Assembly: GCA_040954595.2 (NCBI GenBank)
Contig: CM082594.2
Location: forward strand, 4,573,319-4,637,318
Origin: Balanoglossus misakiensis
Lineage: Eukaryota; Animalia; Hemichordata
DNA: 64,000 nt
Direction: 5' to 3'
A program made the position numbers and the translations under genes. The notes under the pieces are model-generated. The model had not been told where the DNA came from, did no database searches, and saw nothing but the letters and a program-made list of their open reading frames with translations. Below are positions 62,190 to 64,000 of the stretch, piece after piece; positions within the stretch are counted from its first letter, which is position 1, and the number at the start of each line of letters is the position of its first letter.

Positions 62190-63709
62190 TTTTCTGTCAC
62201 ATTTTATCATTTTTGCCTTTTGTACAGTTGAAGAAAAGGATTATTTAATTGTTTCAAGGGACTACCAGGGACTGCATTAATACAAGTGTTATGTTTTTCT
62301 CTTTAACATCTTGCAGAGATCAAAGCAAACATTTTAAATTCATTTGATCAATATTTAATTTCAGAATAAAAGCAGTGACGTAATTACTGACGGCTTAGAT
62401 TGTTTGTAACAGACACTTTGATTGATTGAGCAGCTGTGTTTGTGCCGGGTAAATCAAAAATGGATCACAAATAATGCATTTTACATGAGTTATAGCAAGA
62501 TTCAGAGGTGTTAAGTTTCCGTGAAATATATAAAAAAAACCTTCCATACAATTTGTATTAGCACACCGTCAAACTAAGTTGTTTCATTTTCCTCAAGGAT
62601 GTTTTTGTGCCAATGTGCATATATTTATATCCAGCTGAACTGATCTGTTATGTTTGTTTATATCCCCAAACATAAAAGTCAAATATTGGCCTGTTGTTAT
62701 GTTTTTTTATCCCCAGACATAAATGTAACTTCAAAAAGAGATTAATTCATTCAACAAGTTGTTGCAGGTTGCAGCTATTTTGAAATCTTTTTTGTTGTGC
62801 ACCATGTGGCTATGGCATTACAAGAGAAAATTAGTATGCATATCAACATAAATGCTTGCATTGATCTGTGTCAATGCATTTTAAATTACAAATACCGGTA
62901 CATGAAGAGTGATAATATTTTCCATATCACAGTATTAAAATTGTAATGTTGGCCACATAGCTGAACCCCTGCATGGGTTATACCCCATCGAAACCAAAAC
63001 AATCTTTTGCGTCATTCCTGTTTTTTGTCTATAATGTACACCCCCTGCCATTGCCCTGCTGTGGCTATACCCTTTACCTGCAGGAAGGGACCATTTCTTT
63101 GCTGAAACCAGGGGGGTCGTACCACCATACAGGGGTGACAGCAATAACATGGATGCATACTACTTAAGTTTAGTTCGGCCCAACTGTCACACACATTTAA
63201 GAGAAATATAGTTCAATTTTAATTATTCTTTTATGCAGAGTTATAGTTTTGTTAGGAGTGGTCCCATCTGTATCTTGCTGCCATTTATATTTACCACCAT
63301 TACAGAAGGAGACTGGTATTTTGACCTGAATGTGATAATAGCTGGTTTTATTTTGTGGTGCGTGTTGATATGTCTATAAATGTAAGGTAGCAGAGCCTTT
63401 GGTCATTTTTATCAGGCTATTAATTGAAATAGATTTAAATATATCTCATTGTAATATTGCCGGTTGCATGCTTCATATGATGGGCGCTTTGTTACTTTAT
63501 TTAAACCATAATAACCCCTACAATGTTACTGTCCTCACATGCCAGACAGAATATCAATACTCTATTCCCATTCTCTGTGTGTGTTGCTTGAAAATTATTT
63601 ATCACTGATCGGCTGGCGTTGCAACTCTGCCCCTGTGGCATGCGACGGACCACCAGTTGTGATCGATGCACCCTTCAACCGGAAAGCAGTGGATTTTTAC
63701 AATAATTAT

Positions 63710-63893
63710 CAATCTGATTAAAATCAGATGTAGAGTTGGGAGGAGCCGTCTTTCTTTTGCCGATTCGTTGCTGTTCGGAAGCACAGGTCTCTCTCTCTAT
63801 ACTCTAAGCGCCCGCAACTACAGTGTGACCTGTGTTTGGAAGTGGCCAAAGCTATCACCAGGGCCTACTCTACATCTGATTTTGATCAGATTG
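63710..63893. mobile_element. Mutator-like MITE, 184 bp, perfect 9-bp TSD
   Basis: AATAATTAT|CAATCTGATTAAAATCAGATGTAGAGT ... ACTCTACATCTGATTTTGATCAGATTG|AATAATTAT. Confidence 0.87.
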
Positions 63894-64000
63894 AATAATT
63901 ATTACCCTTGAATACCAGGCTGCTGAAGGGTTGGATTTTTGTGTCCAATGACGATTATTAACGTTTCACATAAACCTTGAGTTACATGTACTTGTCAAAA

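Noticed and set aside
32000-64000. Nested Mox/Meox homeobox, ETS gene or second DGK coding exon
   Set aside because: Searched by eye and in the ORF track; no homeodomain, ETS or DGK-like peptide found within the window.

Overview
Intron-rich, AT-rich eukaryotic genomic DNA. Gene content and exon structure suggest an invertebrate deuterostome (hemichordate, amphioxus or echinoderm-like; inference only). No prokaryotic systems are present. I assembled the gene models by hand from splice sites and reading-frame phase. In order: (1) two near-identical tandem copies, 6,006 bp apart, of a somatomedin-B-domain class-B/adhesion-like 7TM receptor with no GPS motif, the first cut by the window edge; (2) two intact 13-coding-exon tandem paralogs of an SLC5A5/6/8/12-type sodium:solute symporter on the minus strand, both needing a GC-AG intron and diverged mainly in substrate-pocket helices; (3) a complete 12-exon alkylglycerol monooxygenase (AGMO), head-to-head with the second symporter across a promoter rich in nuclear-receptor DR1 sites; (4) 5' exons and the first coding exon of a type I diacylglycerol kinase (DGKB-like), followed by a >16 kb intron. 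The AGMO->DGK order and orientation match human 7p21, which points to ancient microsynteny. Non-coding DNA carries small MITEs of five DNA-transposon types (Harbinger, Mutator, Kolobok, piggyBac, Tc1/mariner-like), microsatellites, a ~200-bp-unit tandem repeat and a CTCF motif. I found no clearly unprecedented system. The best leads are the AGMO-DGK linkage, the SLC5 pocket divergence and the GPS-less SMB-7TM receptor array.
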